Positions 27,722 to 36,884 of a stretch of DNA of 64,000 bases are shown piece by piece; position 1 is the first letter of the stretch; every line of letters begins with the position of its first letter. Source of the DNA: Candidatus Poseidoniales archaeon (GTDB taxonomy: Archaea; Thermoplasmatota; Poseidoniia; Poseidoniales; Poseidoniaceae); NCBI GenBank assembly GCA_038106355.1, contig JAYODQ010000008.1:3904-67903 (forward strand), written 5' to 3'. The notes under the pieces were generated by a model that saw nothing but the letters and a program-made list of their open reading frames with translations, made no database searches and was not told the DNA's origin. The position numbers were made by a program, and so were the translations under genes.

Positions 27722-27843
27722 CTTCAGCCCCAATACTGCGGTCGTTCTTGCCTTCTTGAAGCCTATTCTCCAATCATACTCTTCATGGTGATTTGGTGTC
27801 ATCTCATCGGAGGCCTCAAACGAGATGAAGGAGGGGCTCTTTC

Positions 27844-28521
27844 ATGGGCATAGATTTGGTTGCAATGCTCGTCGATGAAGCGAGTTTAGATTCGGTGCTC
27901 GAACATCCATGGGTTGATGTGTTTAAGGCATTTGAAAAAAGCGAATTTCGTCAACAACGAATACCAGGTATTCCTTTGCTCCAAAGAAAATTTGACATTG
28001 ATGTGGAGGCAGAAATTTTAGATTGGATGGAAACAAAATCGGTTCGTAGTTCGATGTCAGTTCGTGATGCCTTGAAATCCTTTGACGATGGCTGCGATGG
28101 TCTGTTGCTGTTTATGAAATGGGCAAGTCCAGGTTCCTGGGAAGTATGGGAAGGCCGTTGTTTCATTTATCTTGGAGTTGCAGTTCAAAGAGAATTGGAA
28201 CATGTGGACGAATTTTACGAAGAATCGACATGGTTGGATGCCCTCGAACGCATGAGCGGGATTTCGACAAATGAATTTTCAGAACAGGTTGTTCTTGATT
28301 GGATGGGAAGACGTGAACAATTAGGTGAAACCATCGATGAATCAAAAGACCCAAAAATCCTTCCGACATTTGAAGCTCATACGAGAGCAGCAGAGTCATT
28401 TGTCACACTCTTTGATGCCTTAAATTCCAATAGATTCGGACTTGTCGTTGGCAGGGACCATCTTGAATCTTCAAAATGGGGATTTGGCAAATGGAATCTT
28501 CATTCCTACTTATCCGATTAG
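27844..28521 (+). CDS. Hypothetical cytoplasmic protein
   Basis: 225-aa ORF directly upstream of grpE. No family recognised. Confidence 0.45.
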   Translation: MGIDLVAMLVDEASLDSVLEHPWVDVFKAFEKSEFRQQRIPGIPLLQRKFDIDVEAEILDWMETKSVRSSMSVRDALKSFDDGCDGLLLFMKWASPGSWEVWEGRCFIYLGVAVQRELEHVDEFYEESTWLDALERMSGISTNEFSEQVVLDWMGRREQLGETIDESKDPKILPTFEAHTRAAESFVTLFDALNSNRFGLVVGRDHLESSKWGFGKWNLHSYLSD

Positions 28522-28559
28522 GGCGTGAGGTTCAAATTCCCCCTATAAGAGCCAAAAGC

Positions 28560-29099
28560 ATGAGCGAGGAACATGTCGACGATTCTTTGGAAAACGAAGT
28601 TGCTTCAAGTGAACATTTGGCAGAGCAAGAACCCCAAGAAGAGATTCTCGTAGATCCTTTGCAAGAAGCACTTGAGCGTGCAGAATCCGCTGAGAAGGAA
28701 ATCGCTTACCGGGATGCAGAAATTCAGAACATTCGGAAACGTAGTTTGGCAGAGAAATCGGAAATTCTTCGTTATGGTACAATGCCACTTGCCCGAAGAA
28801 TGGTGAGTGTGTTGACAGATGTAGATAGGGCCCTTCAAAGCATCGATGCAGAAGACCAGAGTCCTGTAGCCCAAGGGTTGAGGTTGCTTCGAAACAAGTT
28901 GTGGCACGAGTTATCGGCCGATGGCATTGTCGAAATTGATGCAAAATCAAAACCATTCGACCCCAGCACAATGGAAGCAGTGATGACGATTCCAGCAAAC
29001 GAGCAATTTCCATCGGGTACAGTTGTCGATTTACTTGAAGCCGGCTTCATTTACAAAGACAAAGTCATGGTCGCAGCAAGAGTTGTGGTAGCATCCTAA
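28560..29099 (+). CDS. grpE: Nucleotide exchange factor GrpE
   Basis: Acidic N-terminus, coiled coil (YRDAEIQNIRKR), DALERA-like region and C-terminal beta domain (FDPSTMEAVM....GTVVDLLEAGFIYKDKVMVAARVVV). Confidence 0.85.
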   Translation: MSEEHVDDSLENEVASSEHLAEQEPQEEILVDPLQEALERAESAEKEIAYRDAEIQNIRKRSLAEKSEILRYGTMPLARRMVSVLTDVDRALQSIDAEDQSPVAQGLRLLRNKLWHELSADGIVEIDAKSKPFDPSTMEAVMTIPANEQFPSGTVVDLLEAGFIYKDKVMVAARVVVAS

Positions 29100-29101
29100 G
29101 A

Positions 29102-29698
29102 TTAACCTGCATGAACACCTGTGTCGAAGGTTGACAAACGATACAATGCATCGTTGGCCACCATCCAAGTAGCAATACTTTTTGGTAACACTTCACACAG
29201 AACCATTTCAACAGCCTCTTCATCGTCAACGGTCGATAACATGCGCATGGTTTGACGAACCCTCCACCCTTCAAATGAATCACGTTCGATGAGTTCCATG
29301 ACCTCAACCTCCCATCCCGATGAGGTGTAGAGGTCTGCCGTGGCCATATCGGATGTATACAGTTGACCTGTGCCGTGCGACTCTTCAGCATGTTCAACCC
29401 ATCGAGGTGGGTCGTTGATATCTTCGATAGTAACAATTGTTGCAGAAATATCCATTGAGGTGACCCATTGTGAAATCATTTCAACACGTTCCTCTATCGT
29501 CCATGGATTCATTGGTTCGTATCCATGCTGGGCTGAGCCAATGGCAATGGTCAAGTTGAGGTTGTGATCTTCCGCATAAGCATGTGCTGAAAGAACAAGA
29601 GATTCATGCCCTTTGTGGAATGGCTGAAATCGTCCTAATACAACGCAATTTTTTTGCTCATTCAAAGTATGATTCCACCTGTAATTCGGGAAGGTCAT
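29102..29698 (-). CDS. nadM: Nicotinamide-nucleotide adenylyltransferase (archaeal type)
   Basis: VVLGRFQPFHKGH (the (H/T)xGH cytidylyltransferase motif of archaeal NMNAT). The start is uncertain (29698 or 29743); either overlaps the upstream gene's end. Confidence 0.8.
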   Translation of the reverse strand: MTFPNYRWNHTLNEQKNCVVLGRFQPFHKGHESLVLSAHAYAEDHNLNLTIAIGSAQHGYEPMNPWTIEERVEMISQWVTSMDISATIVTIEDINDPPRWVEHAEESHGTGQLYTSDMATADLYTSSGWEVEVMELIERDSFEGWRVRQTMRMLSTVDDEEAVEMVLCEVLPKSIATWMVANDALYRLSTFDTGVHAG

Positions 29699-30842
29699 GC
29701 CCCAAATCGCGGAAGCACTGAAGCATTCTCTTGCAACCTTCAATCATTTCGCTTGCTGGAGTTTCTCCCATTGATCCTACGCGAAACATCTTGCCTTTCA
29801 AATGGTCTTGGCCACCAATCACTTGAGTGTTGTACATTGATTTCAATCTAGTTCTCCACGCGTCATCAATGCCCTCGGGATACAAAATAGCGGTGACTGT
29901 ATTGCTTCGTTGGTCATCGTCGGCGAGAAGCGTAAATCCTGCATCGATGAAAAGTTGACGAACACCCTGTGCAAGATGTTTGCATCTATTCCATCGACCT
30001 TCATTTGTCTCTTTCTTCAAATTTTCAAGTGCTGCAGACCAACCCATTGCTAAATTGATGGCGGGTGTCCAAGGTGTTTGGTCGTCAGTCGCGTTTTTGA
30101 GTGCGGCTGGTAAATCAAAGTAATAACGTGGATTGACATCACCTTGTTCTGCGATAGCGTGAACTCGATCGATGAACCTTTGATGAATTGCAATCGCAGC
30201 AATACCTGATGGCCCTGCTGTGCACTTTTGGGCACCAACAACGAGGGCTTCTGCCTTCCATTTTGCAGGGTGGACTGGCATACCGCCAACGGAGGTGATG
30301 CCGTCGAGGATAAATGCGGTATCATACTTCATACAGATTTCTGCAATTGCCTCGGCATCTTGAGTGATACCAGTACTCGTTTCGTTGTGACAAATGAGAA
30401 CTGCCTCATATTCAGAACGCTCGAGAAGGTTCTCAATTTCATACAAATCAAAAGAACGGCCCCATTCGTATTTGAGGTGTTTGACCTGACAAAATCTTTC
30501 GCACATCTCTGCAACACGTTCTCCAAATTTTCCATTGGTTGGTACAAGCACTCTGTCATTGGGTCGGAATCGATTTGCAACGACCATCTCCATGGCGGCT
30601 GTCCCACTTCCACTCACCACAACGACCTTGTAACCATCCTCGCCGGACCACGAGTTTTTCTTGGCAACTCCTTCACTTGGTGTGAGATTGAAGGCATACC
30701 GCAAGCCAGAATTCAATCCTGCCATCACCTCTCGAAATTCGTTACCACGTGCAGTGATGACTTGTGACGACATGGCTTGGAGACACTCAGTGCTCATTTT
30801 TACCGGACCGGGAACCAGAAAGCAAGATGATAATTCTTCCAT
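29658..30842 (-). CDS. Class V aminotransferase (serine-pyruvate / alanine-glyoxylate aminotransferase family)
   Basis: FLVPGPVKMS, SGSGTAAMEMVVAN, ICHNETSTG, DGITSVGG, lysine motif GAQKCTAGPSG. Confidence 0.85.
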   Translation of the reverse strand: MEELSSCFLVPGPVKMSTECLQAMSSQVITARGNEFREVMAGLNSGLRYAFNLTPSEGVAKKNSWSGEDGYKVVVVSGSGTAAMEMVVANRFRPNDRVLVPTNGKFGERVAEMCERFCQVKHLKYEWGRSFDLYEIENLLERSEYEAVLICHNETSTGITQDAEAIAEICMKYDTAFILDGITSVGGMPVHPAKWKAEALVVGAQKCTAGPSGIAAIAIHQRFIDRVHAIAEQGDVNPRYYFDLPAALKNATDDQTPWTPAINLAMGWSAALENLKKETNEGRWNRCKHLAQGVRQLFIDAGFTLLADDDQRSNTVTAILYPEGIDDAWRTRLKSMYNTQVIGGQDHLKGKMFRVGSMGETPASEMIEGCKRMLQCFRDLGHDLPELQVESYFE

Positions 30843-30936
30843 GCGATAGCCAACACGATTCAGTTTTTGAATTAGGTGAAGCGATGTTCTCAATCAATGA
30901 CAAATGCGTTGAAGTCATAGAGGGGCAACAATACGC

Positions 30937-31629
30937 ATGGTCATGCTCAGGGTGGGTATTGCCATGCTTCAAGGGGCTCGACATGAGCATGCTGAGGCAG
31001 TAACCCACGCAGCCAATCAGCTTGAGGTGGACATTGAAATCGTTCAACTGAGGACTCCGCTTGACCTCAACGATGGTATTGATGCACTCATTTTGCCTGG
31101 TGGAGAATCTACGACGATGAGAATTGCAAGTCGACATTATGCACTACTTGATGAAATCTTTACGTTCATACATAACAATCCACAAGTCCCCGTTTTGGGA
31201 ACTTGTGCAGGTGCAATTTTGCTTGCATCTCCCCCAGAACCCCATCCAAGTTGTATCTATGCCGAAGTGACTCGGAATACATGGGGCAGGCAACGTGAAT
31301 CCTTTGAGGCAGTGGTTCTGGTTGACCTTGAAGATGATATATTCGAATTTGGTGGTGCACCGCGCCCACTTAAAATCGGTGCACACACTCCATTGATGAT
31401 GGCACAATATGCTGCACCTGCACTCATTGATGGTTTCCCCGGAGTGTTTATCCGAGCACCACGATTTGGAAACATATCCGAACCTTGTCGTTCAATTGCA
31501 ATGCTCCACGAAGAGGTTGTTGGTGTTCAACAAAACAACATTGTTGCCCTTACCTTTCATCCTGAATTGACCAACGATAGGCGATTCCATCGCTGGCTCT
31601 TGACGCAAGCTAAACGGGGGTTAGAATAA
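30937..31629 (+). CDS. pdxT: Pyridoxal 5'-phosphate synthase glutaminase subunit PdxT (with about 25-30 aa insertion)
   Basis: VGIAMLQGARHEH, LILPGGESTTM, catalytic GTCAGAILL, RNTWGRQRESFE, GVFIRAP, FHPELT. There is an insertion between the SFE and GVFIRAP motifs relative to Bacillus PdxT as I remember it. Confidence 0.88.
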   Translation: MVMLRVGIAMLQGARHEHAEAVTHAANQLEVDIEIVQLRTPLDLNDGIDALILPGGESTTMRIASRHYALLDEIFTFIHNNPQVPVLGTCAGAILLASPPEPHPSCIYAEVTRNTWGRQRESFEAVVLVDLEDDIFEFGGAPRPLKIGAHTPLMMAQYAAPALIDGFPGVFIRAPRFGNISEPCRSIAMLHEEVVGVQQNNIVALTFHPELTNDRRFHRWLLTQAKRGLE

Positions 31630-31630
31630 G

Positions 31631-32719
31631 ATGGTCCTCCATTTGCCTATGGCAGAAATACTTCCTGCTGAAGAAGGTGAGGCAGAGGGTTGCATTCAAT
31701 GCCAAGAAGGCAAAAAGATGGTCCTCTTTGTGACTGGAAAATGTCATTGGGGGTGTGATTATTGTCCTCTTTCTGAAAACCGTAGGGAATCTCCAGACAT
31801 GTTTGCCAATGAAAGAAGATGCACAAATTGGAGTGAAGTGATTGAGGAGGCTCGAGCCATGAATGCAACAGGCACAGGTATCACCGGTGGTGACCCATTG
31901 CTCGATGTTGAGAAATCCATCGAGGCCGTATCACAATTAAAGCAACATCTTGGAACAGAACATCATATTCACATGTACACTTCTATTCCATTTGATGTTG
32001 GACTCGCTCAACGATTTGCAGAAGCAGGTCTCGATGAAATCAGATTTCATCTTCTTGATGGAAGGCCCACGAAATACTTGCGAACAATGCATGCATGCCA
32101 TGAACATGGTATCACGGTAGGGGTTGAATTACCGTGTGAGCCCGATAAAGAGGAATCACTGTTCAGTCTCATTGATGAGTTAGAGGATACTCCGATCTCC
32201 TTCCTTAATCTCAATGAACTTGAAATCACAGTGGGCAACCAAGATAATATGGATGTTCGAGGTTTCAATTTGTCATCTTCAATGTCAGCAGCCGCAGAAG
32301 GCTCTGCGGAACTCGCACTTCGTCTCAAGGAGGCTGGAAAATCCAAATCATTTCACATTAAATTTTGTACAGCCCAATACAAAGATGCTGGGCAACTTCG
32401 AAATCGTTTCAAACGGCGAGCTGAGATGACACTCCGACCTTATGAGTCCCTGACTGAGGACGACACGATTATTTTTGGTGCTATCCCAACGGCACTTGAA
32501 GATGCACATGACGATGTTGAAGAAATCAAACTCATGTGTGGCCTTACCGATGGTTGGATTCGTTATGATGCGAGCGAAGAGCGTATAGAAATTCCAGTGG
32601 CTTTGGCAGAAGAATTGGCTGAAATCTTTACAGTTCCAGTTCAAGTCATCGAAGTTCATCCAACGCATGAGCGTTTAGAAGTTTCAGTCATCCATCTCAA
32701 TAGTGTAGTCGAAAAGTAA
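31631..32719 (+). CDS. Radical SAM domain protein (COG2108-like, function unknown)
   Basis: CHWGCDYCP (CxxxCxxC) near the N-terminus and ITGGDPLL. The ATG is 2 nt after the pdxT stop. Confidence 0.8.
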   Translation: MVLHLPMAEILPAEEGEAEGCIQCQEGKKMVLFVTGKCHWGCDYCPLSENRRESPDMFANERRCTNWSEVIEEARAMNATGTGITGGDPLLDVEKSIEAVSQLKQHLGTEHHIHMYTSIPFDVGLAQRFAEAGLDEIRFHLLDGRPTKYLRTMHACHEHGITVGVELPCEPDKEESLFSLIDELEDTPISFLNLNELEITVGNQDNMDVRGFNLSSSMSAAAEGSAELALRLKEAGKSKSFHIKFCTAQYKDAGQLRNRFKRRAEMTLRPYESLTEDDTIIFGAIPTALEDAHDDVEEIKLMCGLTDGWIRYDASEERIEIPVALAEELAEIFTVPVQVIEVHPTHERLEVSVIHLNSVVEK

Positions 32720-32778
32720 ACTTTAGAAGAATTTCATTTCATCATGGTTAAATTTCAGTGATGTACCGGACAAACATC

Positions 32779-32851
32779 GGGTTCGTGGTCTAGGGGTTAT
32801 GACGTCGCCTTCACATGGCGAAGATCGCCGGTTCAATTCCGGCCGAACCCA
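32779..32851 (+). tRNA. tRNA-Val (anticodon CAC)
   Basis: Acceptor GGGTTCG/CGAACCC, anticodon stem TCGCC/GGCGA with loop TTCACAT, T arm GCCGG-TTCAATT-CCGGC, discriminator A. 73 nt, no CCA. Confidence 0.95.
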
Positions 32852-32863
32852 CTCGATAGATAC

Positions 32864-34363
32864 ATGACATTCATGAACAATGTTGCCCACCGCACATTTA
32901 TGGGGATACTCGACCAAGTCGATTTTGCTGTCTTCAAACAAAAAGAAACATGGCAGGCATTTGGAATTGCTGTTGTTTTGTTTGTTTCAATTTCTTTTGC
33001 GGCATTGAGTATGTTTGATAGCATGGATGAATTGTTTCAATCCGATGCTGAACCTGCTCCTGTCCCGAATATAGTTTTTCAATCGCTCAATCGAGATATA
33101 GAGCAGAATGTGACCAACGAGACGGGTTGGATTCAACTCGAAGAGCACCGAGGAAGTGTTATCATTTTTGATATGATGGCACACGATTGCAGCAACTGCC
33201 ACTCGGTACAAGCTCACCTTGAAGAAAAGATGGAGCAATGGGACGAACTTGCCAATGCTTCTGGTCGAGATTTGAAGATTTTTGCCTATGGTGCCTGGTA
33301 TGGTGAAACGCTAGAATACCTCAACCAATCATCCGGTGAATACACAGTGCCACTCTATCCTACAGGTTTAGGTTCCGTCAATGCTGCGATACTTGACGAT
33401 GGTACCACAACAGACCCAGTACGGCTTTTCACCACCGCAGGTACAGGTCAAATTCCGGTTGTTCTGATCATTGATGAAGAAGGTTACATCATAGCCCAGC
33501 AACCTACCGGGACGCCGAAAGATAAATGGGTCCATTTCGATGGAATGCTTGAGAAAACATTGACTCAAGGCGTTGAGGCAACGGCATCAGAACGAATTGC
33601 CTGGGAAGAGCCGTCTACATCCTATATTGCTGTCTTCGCTCTCGGCATGATTTTATCCATATTGGTCTACTTTTCACCTTGTGCATTTCCGGTGCTCCCC
33701 GGATTCATTTCGTATTACCTCTCACTTGGGGCAAGGGAAGATGAACTTATTGAGGTGGGGAAATTGAAAAAGAAGATGCCAAATTCCTTCGTTATCGGGT
33801 CACTTTCAGGTTTTGGAATGTGGACATTTTTTGCACTCATTGGCATTGTCGCTCTCCTTATGGGGCAAGCATTTGCTCAATCAGGAATTATTCATTACAT
33901 CGCACTTTTCGTAGCGATTTTACTCATCATTCTTGGTGGAATGATGCTTCTTGGTGTGACGACGCACATCATGGGATTTGTCCAAAAATTTGTGGACAAA
34001 TACAGTACGACAGAAGCAGATGAAACATTCACCCCGCGCCGAAACATGTACTTGTATGGCATTGGGTATGCCGCAGCATCAATCGATTGTACTGCAGCAG
34101 CCGTGTTACCTTTCGTCGTATTTTTGTCAACTCTTGGTTCAACGGCCATTGGATTTGGAATTGGGGGTCTTATGGTAGGTCTGCTGATTTTGATGATTGC
34201 AGTCACCGGGCTCGTTGGCATGGGCAGGCAAGTCATGATAAATTTCCTGCGACGTGCAACAGCGACCATTAAATTGGTGGGCTCTTGGATGATGATGATG
34301 GCTGGCGTCGGCTTGACCATCTACCTCACGAGACCAGATATCGTCAATTCCATTTTCAGCTAA
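32864..34363 (+). CDS. Thioredoxin-like domain fused to CcdA/DsbD-type thiol:disulfide transporter
   Basis: N-terminal TM, extracytoplasmic Trx-like domain with CSNC (MAHDCSNCH), then a CcdA core with FSPCAFPVLPGFISYYL and a second half containing a Cys (AAASIDCTAAAVLPF). Confidence 0.8.
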   Translation: MTFMNNVAHRTFMGILDQVDFAVFKQKETWQAFGIAVVLFVSISFAALSMFDSMDELFQSDAEPAPVPNIVFQSLNRDIEQNVTNETGWIQLEEHRGSVIIFDMMAHDCSNCHSVQAHLEEKMEQWDELANASGRDLKIFAYGAWYGETLEYLNQSSGEYTVPLYPTGLGSVNAAILDDGTTTDPVRLFTTAGTGQIPVVLIIDEEGYIIAQQPTGTPKDKWVHFDGMLEKTLTQGVEATASERIAWEEPSTSYIAVFALGMILSILVYFSPCAFPVLPGFISYYLSLGAREDELIEVGKLKKKMPNSFVIGSLSGFGMWTFFALIGIVALLMGQAFAQSGIIHYIALFVAILLIILGGMMLLGVTTHIMGFVQKFVDKYSTTEADETFTPRRNMYLYGIGYAAASIDCTAAAVLPFVVFLSTLGSTAIGFGIGGLMVGLLILMIAVTGLVGMGRQVMINFLRRATATIKLVGSWMMMMAGVGLTIYLTRPDIVNSIFS

Positions 34364-35055
34364 GATGCTCGGGAGTTCCTTTGATAGAACTTCCAAGTGC
34401 CCCATCCCAAAAGGGCACCGCTCACCGCATCAAACACATAGTGCTGTTTTGTTGTCAAGGTTGAAAGAACTAAACAAATCCAAAAAACAATCAGGACCAG
34501 TTTAGTGTACCACATCATTTCGTTTTCATTTGATTTTAAGTGCACACTTGCAAGTAAAATGAATAAGCTTTGAGCAACATGTAGTGAAGGCCAAGCGTTG
34601 AATGGTTGGTCAATAGAATACAGGACTTGATAAAGACGCTCAAACCGCTCTGGTCGTGGTTCTGGTCGAAGGTGAATTTCAGTAGGAAAGGCCATAAAAA
34701 AGGCGAATGAAATCCATGTCATGATCAAAAAATACCTCATCATTTCAATACCTTCGGACCGATGCTGTTCTTTAGCAAGCAGATAGGCAAAAATTGGATA
34801 ATAAAGGTAAAGCGATAGGTAGGGGACCAACGAAGAAGGAATGAATGGAATCGATGAATCCAACGCTATTTCGACTTGTACATCTGAAACCCATAACATT
34901 GGGATGAAGTGGTTTATCAGAAGATAAGGTAAACCAATCAAGAGACCCATGCCAAAGAGATAGATTGAGAAAAGTTGTCTTCGAGACCTTGTCATCAAGG
35001 TATCCGATGCAAACCAGCGAAATGGCTGAGTTTCAATTGTCTCGTCTAATTGCAT
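34360..35055 (-). CDS. PAP2_3 (Aur1-like) family membrane protein
   Basis: Six TM. NAWPSLHVAQSL ... QHYVFDAVSGALLG, the same PSLH/HxxxD signature as the gene at 15269-16726. Confidence 0.65.
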   Translation of the reverse strand: MQLDETIETQPFRWFASDTLMTRSRRQLFSIYLFGMGLLIGLPYLLINHFIPMLWVSDVQVEIALDSSIPFIPSSLVPYLSLYLYYPIFAYLLAKEQHRSEGIEMMRYFLIMTWISFAFFMAFPTEIHLRPEPRPERFERLYQVLYSIDQPFNAWPSLHVAQSLFILLASVHLKSNENEMMWYTKLVLIVFWICLVLSTLTTKQHYVFDAVSGALLGWGTWKFYQRNSRAS

Positions 35056-35067
35056 CTCATACCCTTC

Positions 35068-36297
35068 TTAAGAAAGGGAATGACCGCACATTGGACATGC
35101 CTTCCAATCGTGTTGGATAGCATTATGGCATGATGGACAAACAGGTCCTGAAGGGGTTGCAGATCGGTCTTCAATACCCTGTTGTGCTTGAGGCATTGTG
35201 TCTGCAACTTTTTGAGCAGTTTGTTGTTTCAAGAATTCTTGCATTACTTCTGGTGTGAGTGCACCATTTTGTGCAGCCATTTCCATCATTTGACGTTGCA
35301 AATCATTCTGGGAATCCATTCTCTGGTTTTGAAAATTCATCTGCTGAGCCATTCGTTCTTGCTTCTTTTGTTGAACCTGTTCAAACAATGCCATCGCTTG
35401 TTCTGTTTTGTGTGATGATTTTTTCATTTCAAGTTCAGCTTGAGCGGTGTCCCGTTTGAGTTCAGCCTCCCAGCGTGCCTCTTCTGCTCGTAAGTCTTTG
35501 AGTTCGCGTTCAAGTTCAATTGCAACTTCACCTGCCTCTTTGGCCTTTGCAATGTTTACTTCAAATTCGATTCTTCGTAATGTGGCAGCTTCACTTAACT
35601 CGATTTTTCGAATTTCTGCTTCAGTGTTTGCTTCATCGGTTTCGGTTGCGTATTTTAAATTCGCACGAAGTGAGTTCACTCTTTCCATATCCGTAGGGTT
35701 TGTGATGAGCATCGATTTGAGCAAGGTAAGTCCGAGTGTCGACAAATAGGGCCTTAATTCCATCTCAGAACGAATTTCAAAGGTTTCTTGGAGTTTGTAT
35801 CCTCGAAGTTCTTCGACCGAGGTCACAGTTTGAAGAAGTGGGCTGACAAGACGATGGCTCACTTCCTTTGATAGGATTGCAGCGAGTTTCATTCGATCGA
35901 GTGTTGGCTCATGATTTGCAAAAATATTCAGCAGTTTGGGGATGTCATCTTTACGGAATTGGACACGGAGTTGAGCAATACCTTGGGCAGATTGTCCATC
36001 GGAAAGCGTTGTTACAAATGGGATGCTCAAGTCAAATGGACCGGTCATTGCAAAAAGCAATCTGCGATCTGTCGCCGTAGCACCGAGCATGTCACCAATG
36101 TATCGACCAATGCCTCCACCTACATTTCGAACGATGTCTTCGCTTACGATGTCGCCAATTCGTCCATCGACGATGAAGGCACATGCTTCGTTTGGTTTGA
36201 GAACAACCTCCTGTGCTCGCCAAGTTTGAATTGTTCTTCCATCGATTAATCGTGCAATAATTGTGGGGTTATCTCTCCATGCAAATTGTTTCGCCAT
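35068..36297 (-). CDS. SPFH/band-7-like protein with coiled coil and C-terminal zinc ribbon (COG4260-like)
   Basis: N-terminal SPFH-like region (FIVDGRIGDIV...LRVQFRKDDIPKLLNIF), a long E/A/K/R coiled coil, and C-terminal CPSCHNAIQHDWKACPMCGH. I chose the start at MAKQF (36297), 4 nt after the upstream stop. Confidence 0.75.
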   Translation of the reverse strand: MAKQFAWRDNPTIIARLIDGRTIQTWRAQEVVLKPNEACAFIVDGRIGDIVSEDIVRNVGGGIGRYIGDMLGATATDRRLLFAMTGPFDLSIPFVTTLSDGQSAQGIAQLRVQFRKDDIPKLLNIFANHEPTLDRMKLAAILSKEVSHRLVSPLLQTVTSVEELRGYKLQETFEIRSEMELRPYLSTLGLTLLKSMLITNPTDMERVNSLRANLKYATETDEANTEAEIRKIELSEAATLRRIEFEVNIAKAKEAGEVAIELERELKDLRAEEARWEAELKRDTAQAELEMKKSSHKTEQAMALFEQVQQKKQERMAQQMNFQNQRMDSQNDLQRQMMEMAAQNGALTPEVMQEFLKQQTAQKVADTMPQAQQGIEDRSATPSGPVCPSCHNAIQHDWKACPMCGHSLS

Positions 36298-36301
36298 AGT
36301 A

Positions 36302-36838
36302 TCACATCTTTTTCTTCGTTCGTAGTCCATTAAGAACTGTGACTCGTTCACCAAAATATCCTCGACAACTCGATATCATTTGCTGACATTGCAAAGCGAG
36401 TTGTTTGGTCATGTCGTAATCACTCTCTTGCAATGTTTTTTCGGCGCTGTTGGAAATATTTACCGCTTTGGTAATCATCTCAATTGTGTCGTGGTCATGT
36501 TTGATGAGTTTTTTGAGGTCGCTGTTGCTTGCAGAACGTTGACCCGAAAGAAATGCATGGTCCATTCCAGTGACTGCTTTATCCACATCTTCTATGAACG
36601 CATCAATTTCCTGCATACATGAACGACAAGCCGATGTCACTTCGAGTTTGTCATCGCGGAAACTTTGGTCATGAATATTCTGAATGTGACTTCTTGCTCG
36701 ATTTGAAGCACGAACAAGTTCATCCCGAACCAATTTATCCGCATCTCTTCGTTTACCTTTGGTGTATCCACTGTAACCTGTAAGGACAACTTGAATGCCC
36801 CGTATATAAGGAATTATATCGAGAGGCGTGCCTACCAT
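36302..36838 (-). CDS. Hypothetical all-helical protein co-transcribed with the SPFH protein
   Basis: 178-aa ORF 4 nt upstream of the SPFH gene. Predicted helical; no family recognised. Confidence 0.5.
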   Translation of the reverse strand: MVGTPLDIIPYIRGIQVVLTGYSGYTKGKRRDADKLVRDELVRASNRARSHIQNIHDQSFRDDKLEVTSACRSCMQEIDAFIEDVDKAVTGMDHAFLSGQRSASNSDLKKLIKHDHDTIEMITKAVNISNSAEKTLQESDYDMTKQLALQCQQMISSCRGYFGERVTVLNGLRTKKKM

Positions 36839-36884
36839 TGTCCCACCTACTATAACACTGTTCTTTGCTAGTATTTAGCACTCC

